This document shows positions 55,318 to 63,752 of a stretch of 64,000 nt of DNA, one piece after another. This stretch comes from a virus. Under the pieces are notes generated by a model. The model was not told the origin of the DNA, did no database searches, and worked only from the letters and a program-made list of their open reading frames with translations. Numbering within the stretch: position 1 is the stretch's first letter; each line of letters starts with the position of its first letter. Location of the stretch: IMG/VR virus record IMGVR_UViG_3300032245_001322, positions 1 to 64,000 of that record; one strand, 5' to 3'. The translations under genes were made by a program, and so were the position numbers.

Positions 55318-57609
55318 ATGTTAGTCAACATTATAGGTAATAGCATTTCGTCTAATGCTCAAGCATCGGGCTCTATAACTTATGAACCATTTGTTTTTCA
55401 AGTAACAGTTACAAATGGTCAAACGATAACTTTGCCTTATTATGTTGATGGTGAATATACGGGAAATATAGATTGGGGAGATGGAAATACAAGCGTAAAT
55501 AGTTATGCAAATAGGCAACACACTTATTCCATAGGTTCAAAATATACAATTAGAATACAAGGAAGAGTAAAAAAATTTTCTTTCGTTTCGTTAACGGCAT
55601 CAGAAAGATTATATATCAATGAAATAGTTTCGTGGGGCGATTTTGAGCCAAGTTCTGTTGGAAGTACTTTTATTGGATGTACAAATTTGGATTGTAGAAC
55701 TACAACTGATTATTTAAAAATAAAATCAGATACGAACTTAACCTCTTTTTTTCAAGATTGCAATCAAACAATTTTTACTTCAATTAATAATTTAACATTG
55801 TGGGATTTAAACAATTTAGTTTTATACAAAACATTGTCAAAAATGTTTTTAAATTGTTTATATTTTAATCAAAGCATAAATTCTTGGGATGTATCAAATA
55901 TTACAAATATGTCATATTTATTTGCATCAACTATTGCAGGTTATCATTCATTTAATCAAAGTTTAAGCAATTGGAATGTTTCAAATGTTACTGACATGAG
56001 TTTCATGTTCACGGCAAGTTCTTTTAATCAACCTTTAAGCACATGGAATGTTTCAAATGTTACTACGATGCAATCAATGTTTCAAGCATCAAATGCATTT
56101 TCGCAAAATTTAAGTAATTGGAATGTTTCCAATGTTACAACATTCCAAGAAATGTTTGCACTAAGTGTATTTAATTCAGCAATAAATTGGACTATGGGTG
56201 GTAACTCAACTATAAATGTTAGTTTATACTTGATGTTTAGTGAAAATATAAACTTTAATCAACCAATAAATTCTTGGAATACTTCAAGAGTTACTAATTT
56301 AAACAATACATTTGGTAGAACTTTAAATTTTAATCAAGCATTAAATTTGTGGAATACATCCTTGGTTACTGATATGAATGGGACTTTTCGAGGTACAAGT
56401 GCAGTAAATAAATCAATTTTCAATCAAGATATTAGTTCATGGAATACATCAAATGTTTTGGATATGACACAAATGTTTGATTATAGCAATTTTAACAATG
56501 GTGGTGCAAGTTTAAATAGTTGGAATACTTCAAAAGTAACATCAATGTCAACAATGTTTAGAAATACTCCATTTAATCAAAATATTACTTCTTGGAATAC
56601 ATCAAATGTTACTACGATGCAACGTATGTTTCTCAATGCAACTTCATTTAATCAAAATGTTGGTGGGTGGGATGTATCAAAAGTTACAACGATGTCAGAA
56701 ATGTTTAGTGGAGCAAGTGCATTCAATAACGCAAGTAATTCATCAATAGGTTCTTGGAATGTTGGGTTAGTTACCAATATGTCTTCTATGTTTTCAAGTA
56801 GTCCTTTTAATCAAAACATAGGGTCTTGGAATACATCAAATGTTACTACAATGGCTTCAATGTTTGCAACGGCAACTTCATTTAATCAAAATATTGGTGG
56901 GTGGGATACATCAAAAGTTACGACAATGGCTTCAATGTTTAATGGGGCAACAGCATTCAATAACGCAAGTAATTCATCAATAGGTTCTTGGAATGTTGGG
57001 TTAGTTACGACAATTCAAACAATGTTTAGGAGTTCTGCATTTAATCAACCTATTGGAAGTTGGAATGTTTTAAACGTGACTAATATGAATGGTACATTTC
57101 AAACAAATACTGCATTCAATCAAAGTTTAAGTTCTTGGAATGTAGGGAAAGTTACTACATTCCAAAATTGTTTTAGTGGAGCAACTGCTTTTAATCAAAA
57201 TATTGGTTCATGGAATGTTTCTTCTTGTACCATTTTTTCTAATATGTTTACGTCTGCAACATCCTTCAATAATGGTGGGTCAAATACAATAAATAATTGG
57301 TCATTAAATACTTCTACATCAATAACGATAGCAATGCAATCTATGTTTCAAAGTGCAACTGCTTTTAATCAACCAATTAATAATTGGGTAATATCAAGAG
57401 TTAATAATTTTACCAATTTTATGGCAAATAAAACTAACTTAAATTATTCAGCATCTAATCTTGACGCTATTTATAACACTTGGTCAACAATATCAAGAAT
57501 AGCATCATTATCAATTAGTTTCGGGACAATAAAATATACTGCTGGGGGTTCGGCAGGAAGGGCTATATTAGTGGCAACACCATGGACAATAACTGACGGA
57601 GGAATATAA
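55318..57609 (+). CDS. DUF285 (BspA-like) repeat protein, candidate receptor-binding/adhesin
   Basis: About 20 repeats of FNQ-I--WNVSNVT-M--MF; intragenic near-identical duplications. Confidence 0.65.
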   Translation: MLVNIIGNSISSNAQASGSITYEPFVFQVTVTNGQTITLPYYVDGEYTGNIDWGDGNTSVNSYANRQHTYSIGSKYTIRIQGRVKKFSFVSLTASERLYINEIVSWGDFEPSSVGSTFIGCTNLDCRTTTDYLKIKSDTNLTSFFQDCNQTIFTSINNLTLWDLNNLVLYKTLSKMFLNCLYFNQSINSWDVSNITNMSYLFASTIAGYHSFNQSLSNWNVSNVTDMSFMFTASSFNQPLSTWNVSNVTTMQSMFQASNAFSQNLSNWNVSNVTTFQEMFALSVFNSAINWTMGGNSTINVSLYLMFSENINFNQPINSWNTSRVTNLNNTFGRTLNFNQALNLWNTSLVTDMNGTFRGTSAVNKSIFNQDISSWNTSNVLDMTQMFDYSNFNNGGASLNSWNTSKVTSMSTMFRNTPFNQNITSWNTSNVTTMQRMFLNATSFNQNVGGWDVSKVTTMSEMFSGASAFNNASNSSIGSWNVGLVTNMSSMFSSSPFNQNIGSWNTSNVTTMASMFATATSFNQNIGGWDTSKVTTMASMFNGATAFNNASNSSIGSWNVGLVTTIQTMFRSSAFNQPIGSWNVLNVTNMNGTFQTNTAFNQSLSSWNVGKVTTFQNCFSGATAFNQNIGSWNVSSCTIFSNMFTSATSFNNGGSNTINNWSLNTSTSITIAMQSMFQSATAFNQPINNWVISRVNNFTNFMANKTNLNYSASNLDAIYNTWSTISRIASLSISFGTIKYTAGGSAGRAILVATPWTITDGGI
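56630..57045 (+). repeat. intragenic near-identical direct duplication (~180 nt units about 235 nt apart) in the DUF285 gene
   Basis: GCATTCAATAACGCAAGTAATTCATCAATAGGTTCTTGGAATGTTGGGTTAGTTAC at ~56718 and ~56953. TTTAATCAAAATATTGGTGGGTGGGAT at ~56646 and ~56883. Confidence 0.65.
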
Positions 57610-57611
57610 AT

Positions 57612-57971
57612 ATGCAAGAAATAAATTATCCAAGTGAATTAACATATTTTATTGCTTATGTCGATGAAAATATTTTTTGTTACGGCATTGTTGAACCACA
57701 ACAATGTATGGCAACAGGCGAACCTAATCTTTATCAAACAACAAATTATTATGATTGGATTGAGGAATTAAAAAAATTTCATGTTTTTCAAGGTTACTAT
57801 TTTAACAACATTGAAGAAGCACAAAATGCTAAAAATTCTATTGAAGAATTTTATGGAACAAACATTAGAACTTTAGGGGATTCAATCAATAATGGCAATG
57901 TATTTTATTATATATTAGGCAATTATGTTGATATTTTAGGAGAAAGCACTTTGCTAAAAATACCTTTATAA
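57612..57971 (+). CDS. hypothetical protein
   Basis: ORF. Confidence 0.5.
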   Translation: MQEINYPSELTYFIAYVDENIFCYGIVEPQQCMATGEPNLYQTTNYYDWIEELKKFHVFQGYYFNNIEEAQNAKNSIEEFYGTNIRTLGDSINNGNVFYYILGNYVDILGESTLLKIPL

Positions 57972-57972
57972 A

Positions 57973-58020
57973 AATTATTTTTGAAAATATTTGTTTGTTT
58001 GTAAAATAATATTACATTTG
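57973..58020 (+). promoter_or_regulatory. conserved promoter cassette with upstream palindrome
   Basis: AAATTATTTTTGAAAATA ... TTGTTTGTTTGTAAAATAATATTACATTTG. Confidence 0.55.
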
Positions 58021-58043
58021 TAGTGAACAAAAGAACAAAACAA

Positions 58044-58451
58044 ATGGAAAACAAAAATTCAAACGAAACAAATTTTACTGAATTAGTTAACAACTTTTTG
58101 CAGATTACCGAATTTGAGTTATTAGAACTCTCTACTATTGAAGAACATGGAAAATTAACTATTGACTATGTTGGCTTGTGTGCTTTCAAAATGGTTAAGT
58201 TAGAGTTGGTGATTAAAGAAGTAGAAAATGTTATAATTTCCAAAATAGAAAAAACTCATGGTCAATTAGGAGTTAAAAAAATGAGACAAATTTTATTTAT
58301 GGAATTAGTTTCTTGGTTAGATAAATATGGTAAAAGAATTGTACATGATGCAATTCTAAAAAATGAAGAAGATGTAAACCAAGAAGAATTAAAGATTGAA
58401 CTTGCTTTTATGAAAAGTGCTTACGAGTTATTTGAAAAAATAGAGAGATGA
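58044..58451 (+). CDS. hypothetical protein
   Basis: Track start 58023 is GTG; ATG at 58044, downstream of the conserved promoter. Confidence 0.5.
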   Translation: MENKNSNETNFTELVNNFLQITEFELLELSTIEEHGKLTIDYVGLCAFKMVKLELVIKEVENVIISKIEKTHGQLGVKKMRQILFMELVSWLDKYGKRIVHDAILKNEEDVNQEELKIELAFMKSAYELFEKIER

Positions 58452-58813
58452 AATTAATTGATGGTAAATTTTACAAAAATGGCGAAGAAGTGCCATTGGA
58501 GATAGGTAATTGGGAACAAATTAATTTACTTAAAGAAAAGGCAAAACAATTAGAAAAGGGTACTAAAGTTGATGTTATAATAAAAAGCACTTATACATTG
58601 AGTGTTGAATTTGAATGTCCCCTTTGTTGTAAAGTAAATACAATAGAAGATGCAGAAGAATATGAAGATTTCGAACCCGATGATGAAGATGTGGAATCAT
58701 TGTGTAGTGCTGAGATTTGCCAATGTGATTATTGTTTAGGCGATATAAAACTAAAAGTTGAAAATTCGGATGAGAGATTTAGGAGTAAAAAATTCTTCGT
58801 AAAACCTGCTTAA
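58448..58813 (+). CDS. zinc-ribbon-like protein
   Basis: CPLCC...CSAEICQCDYC; followed by a strong terminator. Confidence 0.5.
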   Translation: MKLIDGKFYKNGEEVPLEIGNWEQINLLKEKAKQLEKGTKVDVIIKSTYTLSVEFECPLCCKVNTIEDAEEYEDFEPDDEDVESLCSAEICQCDYCLGDIKLKVENSDERFRSKKFFVKPA

Positions 58814-58816
58814 AAC

Positions 58817-58842
58817 GTGCCCCTTTTTGGGGCTTTTTTTTT
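58817..58842 (+). terminator. rho-independent terminator
   Basis: GCCCCTTTTTGGGGC then T9. Confidence 0.7.
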
Positions 58843-58872
58843 GTACAGAATTAATTATATATTTGTATTATT

Positions 58873-59679
58873 ATGGCAAGTGTAAATATAGTTAACGATT
58901 TAGGGCAAAATATTACGGCAGATGTGAAATACAATCCTATCGTAAATGGTCGTGCACTTGACCCTCAAAGAATCGTTGACACTTTAAATAAATATTATCC
59001 AACTATATTAACTGCATACGAAAGTCAAGATGCATATTTAAACAAACCAATTTTTGTTGGAATAAGAATGAAGTCTTGTGGTATTTCGGGCGTTAAAGGT
59101 GGTGTTGTTGCAGATGACATTTTTGTTATGTTAAGAAGACAAACAAGCCCACTTCATGCATTTTTTACAAATTGGACGATTGAATATTATCCGATAACAA
59201 CTGACCCGACTTCGGCTTTTAGAGAGAAAGGAATTCAAAACAAAAAGAAAACGGGTTATCTAATTGCTCGAAATTGGTCTCCTACAGAACAAATCCCCGA
59301 ATTTTGTGGTCACTATTTATATAGAGTAGGTAACTATATGAATAGCAACGCTTTTATTTGTAGAACTGAGCAAAATGTTTGGCAATTTGATATTGTTGCC
59401 GAAGGCAAACAACAAATACCCGTTGGTATGACTGCTGATGCCTATGCAAAACAAATTGGGTTAAAACCAACAAGATACCAAGCAGGAATGTTTATTCATC
59501 GCTCTTGGGGTGATTTGATGTTTATGGATTCGGCAGGTTGCCAAGTTTTTAAAGACAATAATGATTTAAGTAGAGTTTTCAATATTGCTTGGGCTTGGGA
59601 ATCTAAAATGAGGTCTAAAAACAAAAAGTATAAAGGCTTTTTTGATTATGTATTAGTTGATGGGGAGATGGTGTTATGA
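58873..59679 (+). CDS. YkuD-like (L,D-transpeptidase fold) protein, paralog of the lysin catalytic domain
   Basis: FIHRSWGDLMFMDSAGCQVFKD parallels HRGGLGSFIDNWSAGCHVTKD of 2290..2916. ATG 7 nt after TATATTTG. Confidence 0.5.
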   Translation: MASVNIVNDLGQNITADVKYNPIVNGRALDPQRIVDTLNKYYPTILTAYESQDAYLNKPIFVGIRMKSCGISGVKGGVVADDIFVMLRRQTSPLHAFFTNWTIEYYPITTDPTSAFREKGIQNKKKTGYLIARNWSPTEQIPEFCGHYLYRVGNYMNSNAFICRTEQNVWQFDIVAEGKQQIPVGMTADAYAKQIGLKPTRYQAGMFIHRSWGDLMFMDSAGCQVFKDNNDLSRVFNIAWAWESKMRSKNKKYKGFFDYVLVDGEMVL

Positions 59680-59918
59680 TGATAAAAAATAAAGGTGTAT
59701 TGTTATTCTCATTAGGATTTTTATCAGTCTTTTTAGGTACTTACGTTTATTTCTATATTGATAGAAATAGAACTGCTGAATTTACAGATGAAAAAGCAGA
59801 AGTTGAAGAATTATTGAGACAATTTTTAGTGATGAAAGGTTTGCAAGATAATGCAACCAATAGAATAAAATATTCGCAAATGACAAAGGAAGACTTAGAG
59901 AAAGCCCTTGGTTATTAA
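59676..59918 (+). CDS. small N-TM protein
   Basis: ATGA overlap; followed by a terminator. Confidence 0.5.
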   Translation: MMIKNKGVLLFSLGFLSVFLGTYVYFYIDRNRTAEFTDEKAEVEELLRQFLVMKGLQDNATNRIKYSQMTKEDLEKALGY

Positions 59919-59938
59919 TATTTCGTTCTTATTTAGTT

Positions 59939-59972
59939 AGCCCTTATTTGAGAAAATAGGGGCTTTTTTTTT
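59939..59972 (+). terminator. rho-independent terminator
   Basis: AGCCCTTATTTGAGAAAATAGGGGCT then T10. Confidence 0.65.
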
Positions 59973-59999
59973 GGATAAATAATTGACTTATATTTGTAT

Positions 60000-60581
60000 A
60001 TGCCAATATCAAAATCACTAAGCGAAGATATTACCTCTCCAATAGGAAATAGCCTTGCTATATTTAAAGAAGATGATTCAGACCTTTTAATGTTAAAAGA
60101 CATCTATGGTAATAACGAACCTTTAAATAATTATTTGAATTATCAAGGTAGTTTTTACGATACAACGACTCAAACAAGTTTAGGTAGCGAAATTAAAATT
60201 TTGACATTTAATTCTACATTTATTTCCAATGGAATAAGCCTTATTAACAATAGTCAATTAAAAGTATCTCAAAAAGGAATTTACAATTTGCAATTTTCTG
60301 CTCAATTAACTAAAACTTCGGGTGCAAGTTTAGAAATCGCTTATATTTGGTTTAGAAAAAATGGTCAAGATATACCGAATTCAGCGAGTACAATTTCTAT
60401 TCAAGCAAATAATAATACAAGGTTAGTTCCTTCGTGGAATTTTTTCGCTGATATGAATAAAAATGATTATTTAGAAATAGTTTGGTACAGTACAGATGTA
60501 CATATCGTATTTTTAGCAGTTGCTGAAAGTGTAAATATACCTGCCATTCCAAGTGTTATAGTTACAATGTCAAGAGTGTAA
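60000..60581 (+). CDS. C1q/TNF-like domain protein (candidate fibre/receptor-binding)
   Basis: KGIYNLQFSAQL...WFRKNGQDI...NDYLEIVWYS matches the C1q jelly-roll pattern G-Y-F-F ... NG ... D-V-V. Track start is TTG; ATG at 60000. Confidence 0.4.
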   Translation: MPISKSLSEDITSPIGNSLAIFKEDDSDLLMLKDIYGNNEPLNNYLNYQGSFYDTTTQTSLGSEIKILTFNSTFISNGISLINNSQLKVSQKGIYNLQFSAQLTKTSGASLEIAYIWFRKNGQDIPNSASTISIQANNNTRLVPSWNFFADMNKNDYLEIVWYSTDVHIVFLAVAESVNIPAIPSVIVTMSRV

Positions 60582-60594
60582 CTATATTTGTATT

Positions 60595-61101
60595 ATGTTA
60601 AATTTAAAGGACGACAAAACAAAATTTGCCATTGGTATTATTGGTGTAATTGCCTTTTTTTTATTTAAAAGAAAAATGTCCACAACTTATACGGAAAGCA
60701 ATTGGAAAAATGATTTAGTAAATCCAATAAGAGGGAAAGTCGCTTCGGGATTTGGTGGTAGAATTAATCCAATAACAAAAGTGTGGGGCTTTCATAACGG
60801 AGTAGATATAGGAGCACCTCGTGATACACCTATTTTAGCACCTTTAAATGGAGTAGTTTCAGCAAAATACACAAGTAGTGCAGGTGGAAATCAATTAATA
60901 ATTGATTCGGGATACCCTAAATTTGGATTTGCTCATTTGAATAAATATGCCGAAAACATTGAAGTAGGCTCTGTAGTTAATCGTGGCGAAATAATTGGAT
61001 ATGTAGGAACAACGGGTATGTCAACGGGCAATCATTTACATTTTACCTTGCGTCTAAATAATCAACCAACAGACCCTGCAAAACATTTTTCGTTTAAATG
61101 A
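60595..61101 (+). CDS. M23 family peptidase with N-terminal TM
   Basis: HNGVDIGAP...GTTGMSTGNHLHF is the classic M23/LytM motif. Confidence 0.8.
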   Translation: MLNLKDDKTKFAIGIIGVIAFFLFKRKMSTTYTESNWKNDLVNPIRGKVASGFGGRINPITKVWGFHNGVDIGAPRDTPILAPLNGVVSAKYTSSAGGNQLIIDSGYPKFGFAHLNKYAENIEVGSVVNRGEIIGYVGTTGMSTGNHLHFTLRLNNQPTDPAKHFSFK

Positions 61102-61490
61102 TGGAAACGGCAAAAAAGAAAAATCCTAAACTTTGGGAATCAATTGTGGCATCTGTAAAAAGAGGTGACAAAGGTGGTAAAAAAGGCGAGTGGAGTGCAC
61201 GAAAAGCCCAATTAGCCGTCAAAATGTATAAGGATAAAGGGGGTGAATATATTGGGGCAAAAAGCAAAAGCAATTCACTTGTAAAATGGACTAAACAAGA
61301 TTGGACTACAAAAAGTGGAAAACCATCTTTGGAAACGGGCGAAAGATATTTACCTAAGAAAGCAATCAAATCTTTAACCCCAAAAGAATATAAAGAGACT
61401 TCATTGGCAAAAAAGAAAAGTCTTAAAAAAGGCGAACAATTTTCTAAGCAACCAACCAAAATAGCAAAAAAGGTTTCTAAATTCAGATAA
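61098..61490 (+). CDS. hypothetical basic Lys/Gly-rich protein
   Basis: ATGA overlap; KGGKKGEWSARKAQ. Confidence 0.5.
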   Translation: MMETAKKKNPKLWESIVASVKRGDKGGKKGEWSARKAQLAVKMYKDKGGEYIGAKSKSNSLVKWTKQDWTTKSGKPSLETGERYLPKKAIKSLTPKEYKETSLAKKKSLKKGEQFSKQPTKIAKKVSKFR

Positions 61491-61705
61491 TGGCAAAAAC
61501 AAAAGAAATAAGCATATCAGTTAATAATTGGTACGCAATATATGACCCTAACAAGGGCTTTACTCAATTTGGAATAGCACAAAGTTTAGTTAAGGATGTA
61601 GTTCTATTTAAAATGAAGAATGGAAACATGGAAAGGTATGAGCATAAATATTGCACAAAAGTCTATGAGAACAATCTTTTATTTCAATTAAACGAAACTT
61701 CTTGA
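61490..61705 (+). CDS. hypothetical small protein
   Basis: ORF followed by a terminator. Confidence 0.45.
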   Translation: MAKTKEISISVNNWYAIYDPNKGFTQFGIAQSLVKDVVLFKMKNGNMERYEHKYCTKVYENNLLFQLNETS

Positions 61706-61774
61706 GGTTTATTGGAAAATAATATTATATTTGTATTGCTTTTCATTTGAGCAATTTGTTCTTTAATTAATGGA

Positions 61775-61806
61775 GGGGTTAGAAGAAATTTTAACCCCTT
61801 TTTTAT
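61775..61806 (+). terminator. rho-independent terminator
   Basis: GGGGTTAGAAGAAATTTTAACCCC then T-run. Confidence 0.65.
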
Positions 61807-61812
61807 TTTTGT

Positions 61813-61842
61813 TTGTTATTTTCAAAAATAATATTACATTTG
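61813..61842 (+). promoter_or_regulatory. conserved promoter cassette
   Basis: TTGTTATTTTCAAAAATAATATTACATTTG; 19-nt spacer. Confidence 0.6.
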
Positions 61843-61846
61843 TCAT

Positions 61847-62122
61847 ATGAAACAATACACAAAAATTTACATGGATTATTTTGGGTATGATACTTCAGAC
61901 TTTATTTGTTGTGAAGTATGTGGAAATCAAGGGGTCGATACGCATCATATTGAAGCACGTTCTATGGGTGGCACGAAGAAAAAAGATGAAATTTTCAATT
62001 TAATGTGTTTATGTCGTCATTGCCACGTCAAATATGGCGATAAGAAACAATACAAAGATTTTTTAAAAAATACACATTTAGAATTTATGTCCAAAATGGG
62101 AGGTAACAATGGAACTAAATAA
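61847..62122 (+). CDS. small HNH nuclease
   Basis: CEVCGNQGVDTHHIEARSMGG...CRHCHVKY. Confidence 0.55.
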   Translation: MKQYTKIYMDYFGYDTSDFICCEVCGNQGVDTHHIEARSMGGTKKKDEIFNLMCLCRHCHVKYGDKKQYKDFLKNTHLEFMSKMGGNNGTK

Positions 62123-62513
62123 ACCAAAAGAAATTCGCCACAAAGTAGATAGTAGTGGCAACATCCTTCGTGCCTATTGGTACGGAGATGTAAGTAGAAT
62201 CACTCTCTCACTTGCAAAAGAAAAACGTGAGCGTGAGATTGGTGTAATTAATCATGCTAAAAGAAGATTTGAAATTAGACGTGACCCCAAGCGTCACCTA
62301 TTTTTAAAATTCAATGCTTATGGAATGAATCACTCTTTGTTAAATGACCAATTATTTGATAGCGTTTTAATCGAAGATGGTAAAAACACTTGGAACGTGC
62401 CAAATGATTGGATAATAAACAATGGCAAGTTCTTAAACTTTAAAAACAATGGTGGTTTTGAACTTCAAGTATTCATTCCTTTGGATGCAATTACCCAATT
62501 TAAAGTAAATTGA
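62109..62513 (+). CDS. hypothetical protein
   Basis: ORF. Confidence 0.5.
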   Translation: MELNKPKEIRHKVDSSGNILRAYWYGDVSRITLSLAKEKREREIGVINHAKRRFEIRRDPKRHLFLKFNAYGMNHSLLNDQLFDSVLIEDGKNTWNVPNDWIINNGKFLNFKNNGGFELQVFIPLDAITQFKVN

Positions 62514-62533
62514 AAAATATTTTTTTACTTTAC

Positions 62534-62563
62534 TTGTTATTTTGAAAAATAATATTACATTTG
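62534..62563 (+). promoter_or_regulatory. conserved promoter cassette
   Basis: TTGTTATTTTGAAAAATAATATTACATTTG; 19-nt spacer. Confidence 0.6.
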
Positions 62564-62579
62564 TAATGAAGAACACAAA

Positions 62580-62825
62580 ATGGAAGGCAAAAACGAAAAA
62601 ACACAATTGAGCACTCGATGGCTCGTTGAGAAATTATTTGAAGAGGGATTTTTGGTGAAAACTCCCGAAAACATCAAATCGCTAAGATTGATTATCAAAG
62701 AAGCAACCGAAATGGAAAAGATGAAAATCATTGACTCGCACATTGTTGCTTATGAGGAAATGGGTTTCCCGTATTCTGCAAAAGATTCAGCAGTTACATA
62801 TTATAAAGAAATTTACGGAAAATGA
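62580..62825 (+). CDS. hypothetical protein
   Basis: Downstream of the conserved promoter; a tiny 14-codon uORF at 62565 precedes it. Confidence 0.5.
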   Translation: MEGKNEKTQLSTRWLVEKLFEEGFLVKTPENIKSLRLIIKEATEMEKMKIIDSHIVAYEEMGFPYSAKDSAVTYYKEIYGK

Positions 62826-63184
62826 GAATGGCAAAAGCCCCCCAAGAGCACATTGATAAATTGCGTGTGTGGATGCAATTTAACGATGAATTATGCGAAA
62901 TCGACCCAACTTATGAGTTAGAGTGGAAGAAATTTAAAAAAGATTGGGAAGAAGATGAAAGATTTGTTCCTATAATAAAACATTGTGAGGATGATAACGG
63001 ATTTAATTGGGAATATTATTGGGATTATTATCGTAGTAATATATCACACATACACATGAGAATTTTAATGGGGTATGATGTTTTAGTCGATAATGTGTGC
63101 GACCCCGATTTGGACTATTTAGATTATAAACCCGAACTAAAAAAACAATTTGAATTTTACGAAAAAAACGCAAACGAAAAATGA
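62822..63184 (+). CDS. hypothetical protein
   Basis: ORF. Confidence 0.5.
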   Translation: MRMAKAPQEHIDKLRVWMQFNDELCEIDPTYELEWKKFKKDWEEDERFVPIIKHCEDDNGFNWEYYWDYYRSNISHIHMRILMGYDVLVDNVCDPDLDYLDYKPELKKQFEFYEKNANEK

Positions 63185-63390
63185 GAAAGTTTTTATTATC
63201 AATTGGTATTATTCAAACTCGCAAAGAGACAACAAATCATGGTACTTTTACATATAAAAGGTTAAATCCGTTTAATCCTTTAACTTATGTATTGATTGTT
63301 TTAACATTCATTATTGGAACTTTGATGTTTGGGTTTGTGGGGGTGTGGAAAGAAATAAATTTAGATGAGTTAAAATTCAAATGGAAATAA
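63181..63390 (+). CDS. small TM protein
   Basis: Hydrophobic segment. Confidence 0.45.
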   Translation: MRKFLLSIGIIQTRKETTNHGTFTYKRLNPFNPLTYVLIVLTFIIGTLMFGFVGVWKEINLDELKFKWK

Positions 63391-63479
63391 AATGAGCAGG
63401 GTCGATTCTTTTTTCATGCCAAATTACTTATATAAATGTTCACGAAATCGTGAACAAATAAAAATAATGAACAAAACAA

Positions 63480-63752
63480 ATGAAAAAATATAGAATTAAA
63501 ATAATCGAAAGACATAATGGGGATATTTGCTATATTCCTCAATTTGGTATGTCAAATATTTGGTCAAATATAGTATTTCTAATTAACCCCATTACAGGCA
63601 ACACTATGAAACAAGTGAGAATAAATGCAGTATTGGAAAAAGAGTTTGACACGGAAGAAGAAGCATTAAAAATGATAAATCAACATAAAATACAAGAGGA
63701 GATAGACGAGGGATTTAAAATAAAAACAACAACTTATAAAGATATATTATGA
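63480..63752 (+). CDS. hypothetical protein
   Basis: ORF. Confidence 0.5.
   Translation: MKKYRIKIIERHNGDICYIPQFGMSNIWSNIVFLINPITGNTMKQVRINAVLEKEFDTEEEALKMINQHKIQEEIDEGFKIKTTTYKDIL

Noticed and set aside
55318-57609. Diversity-generating retroelement targeting the DUF285 repeat gene
   Set aside because: No reverse transcriptase or template-repeat copy found in the window.
61094-61459. Minus ORF 61094..61459
   Set aside because: Antisense to the Lys-rich plus gene 61098..61490.
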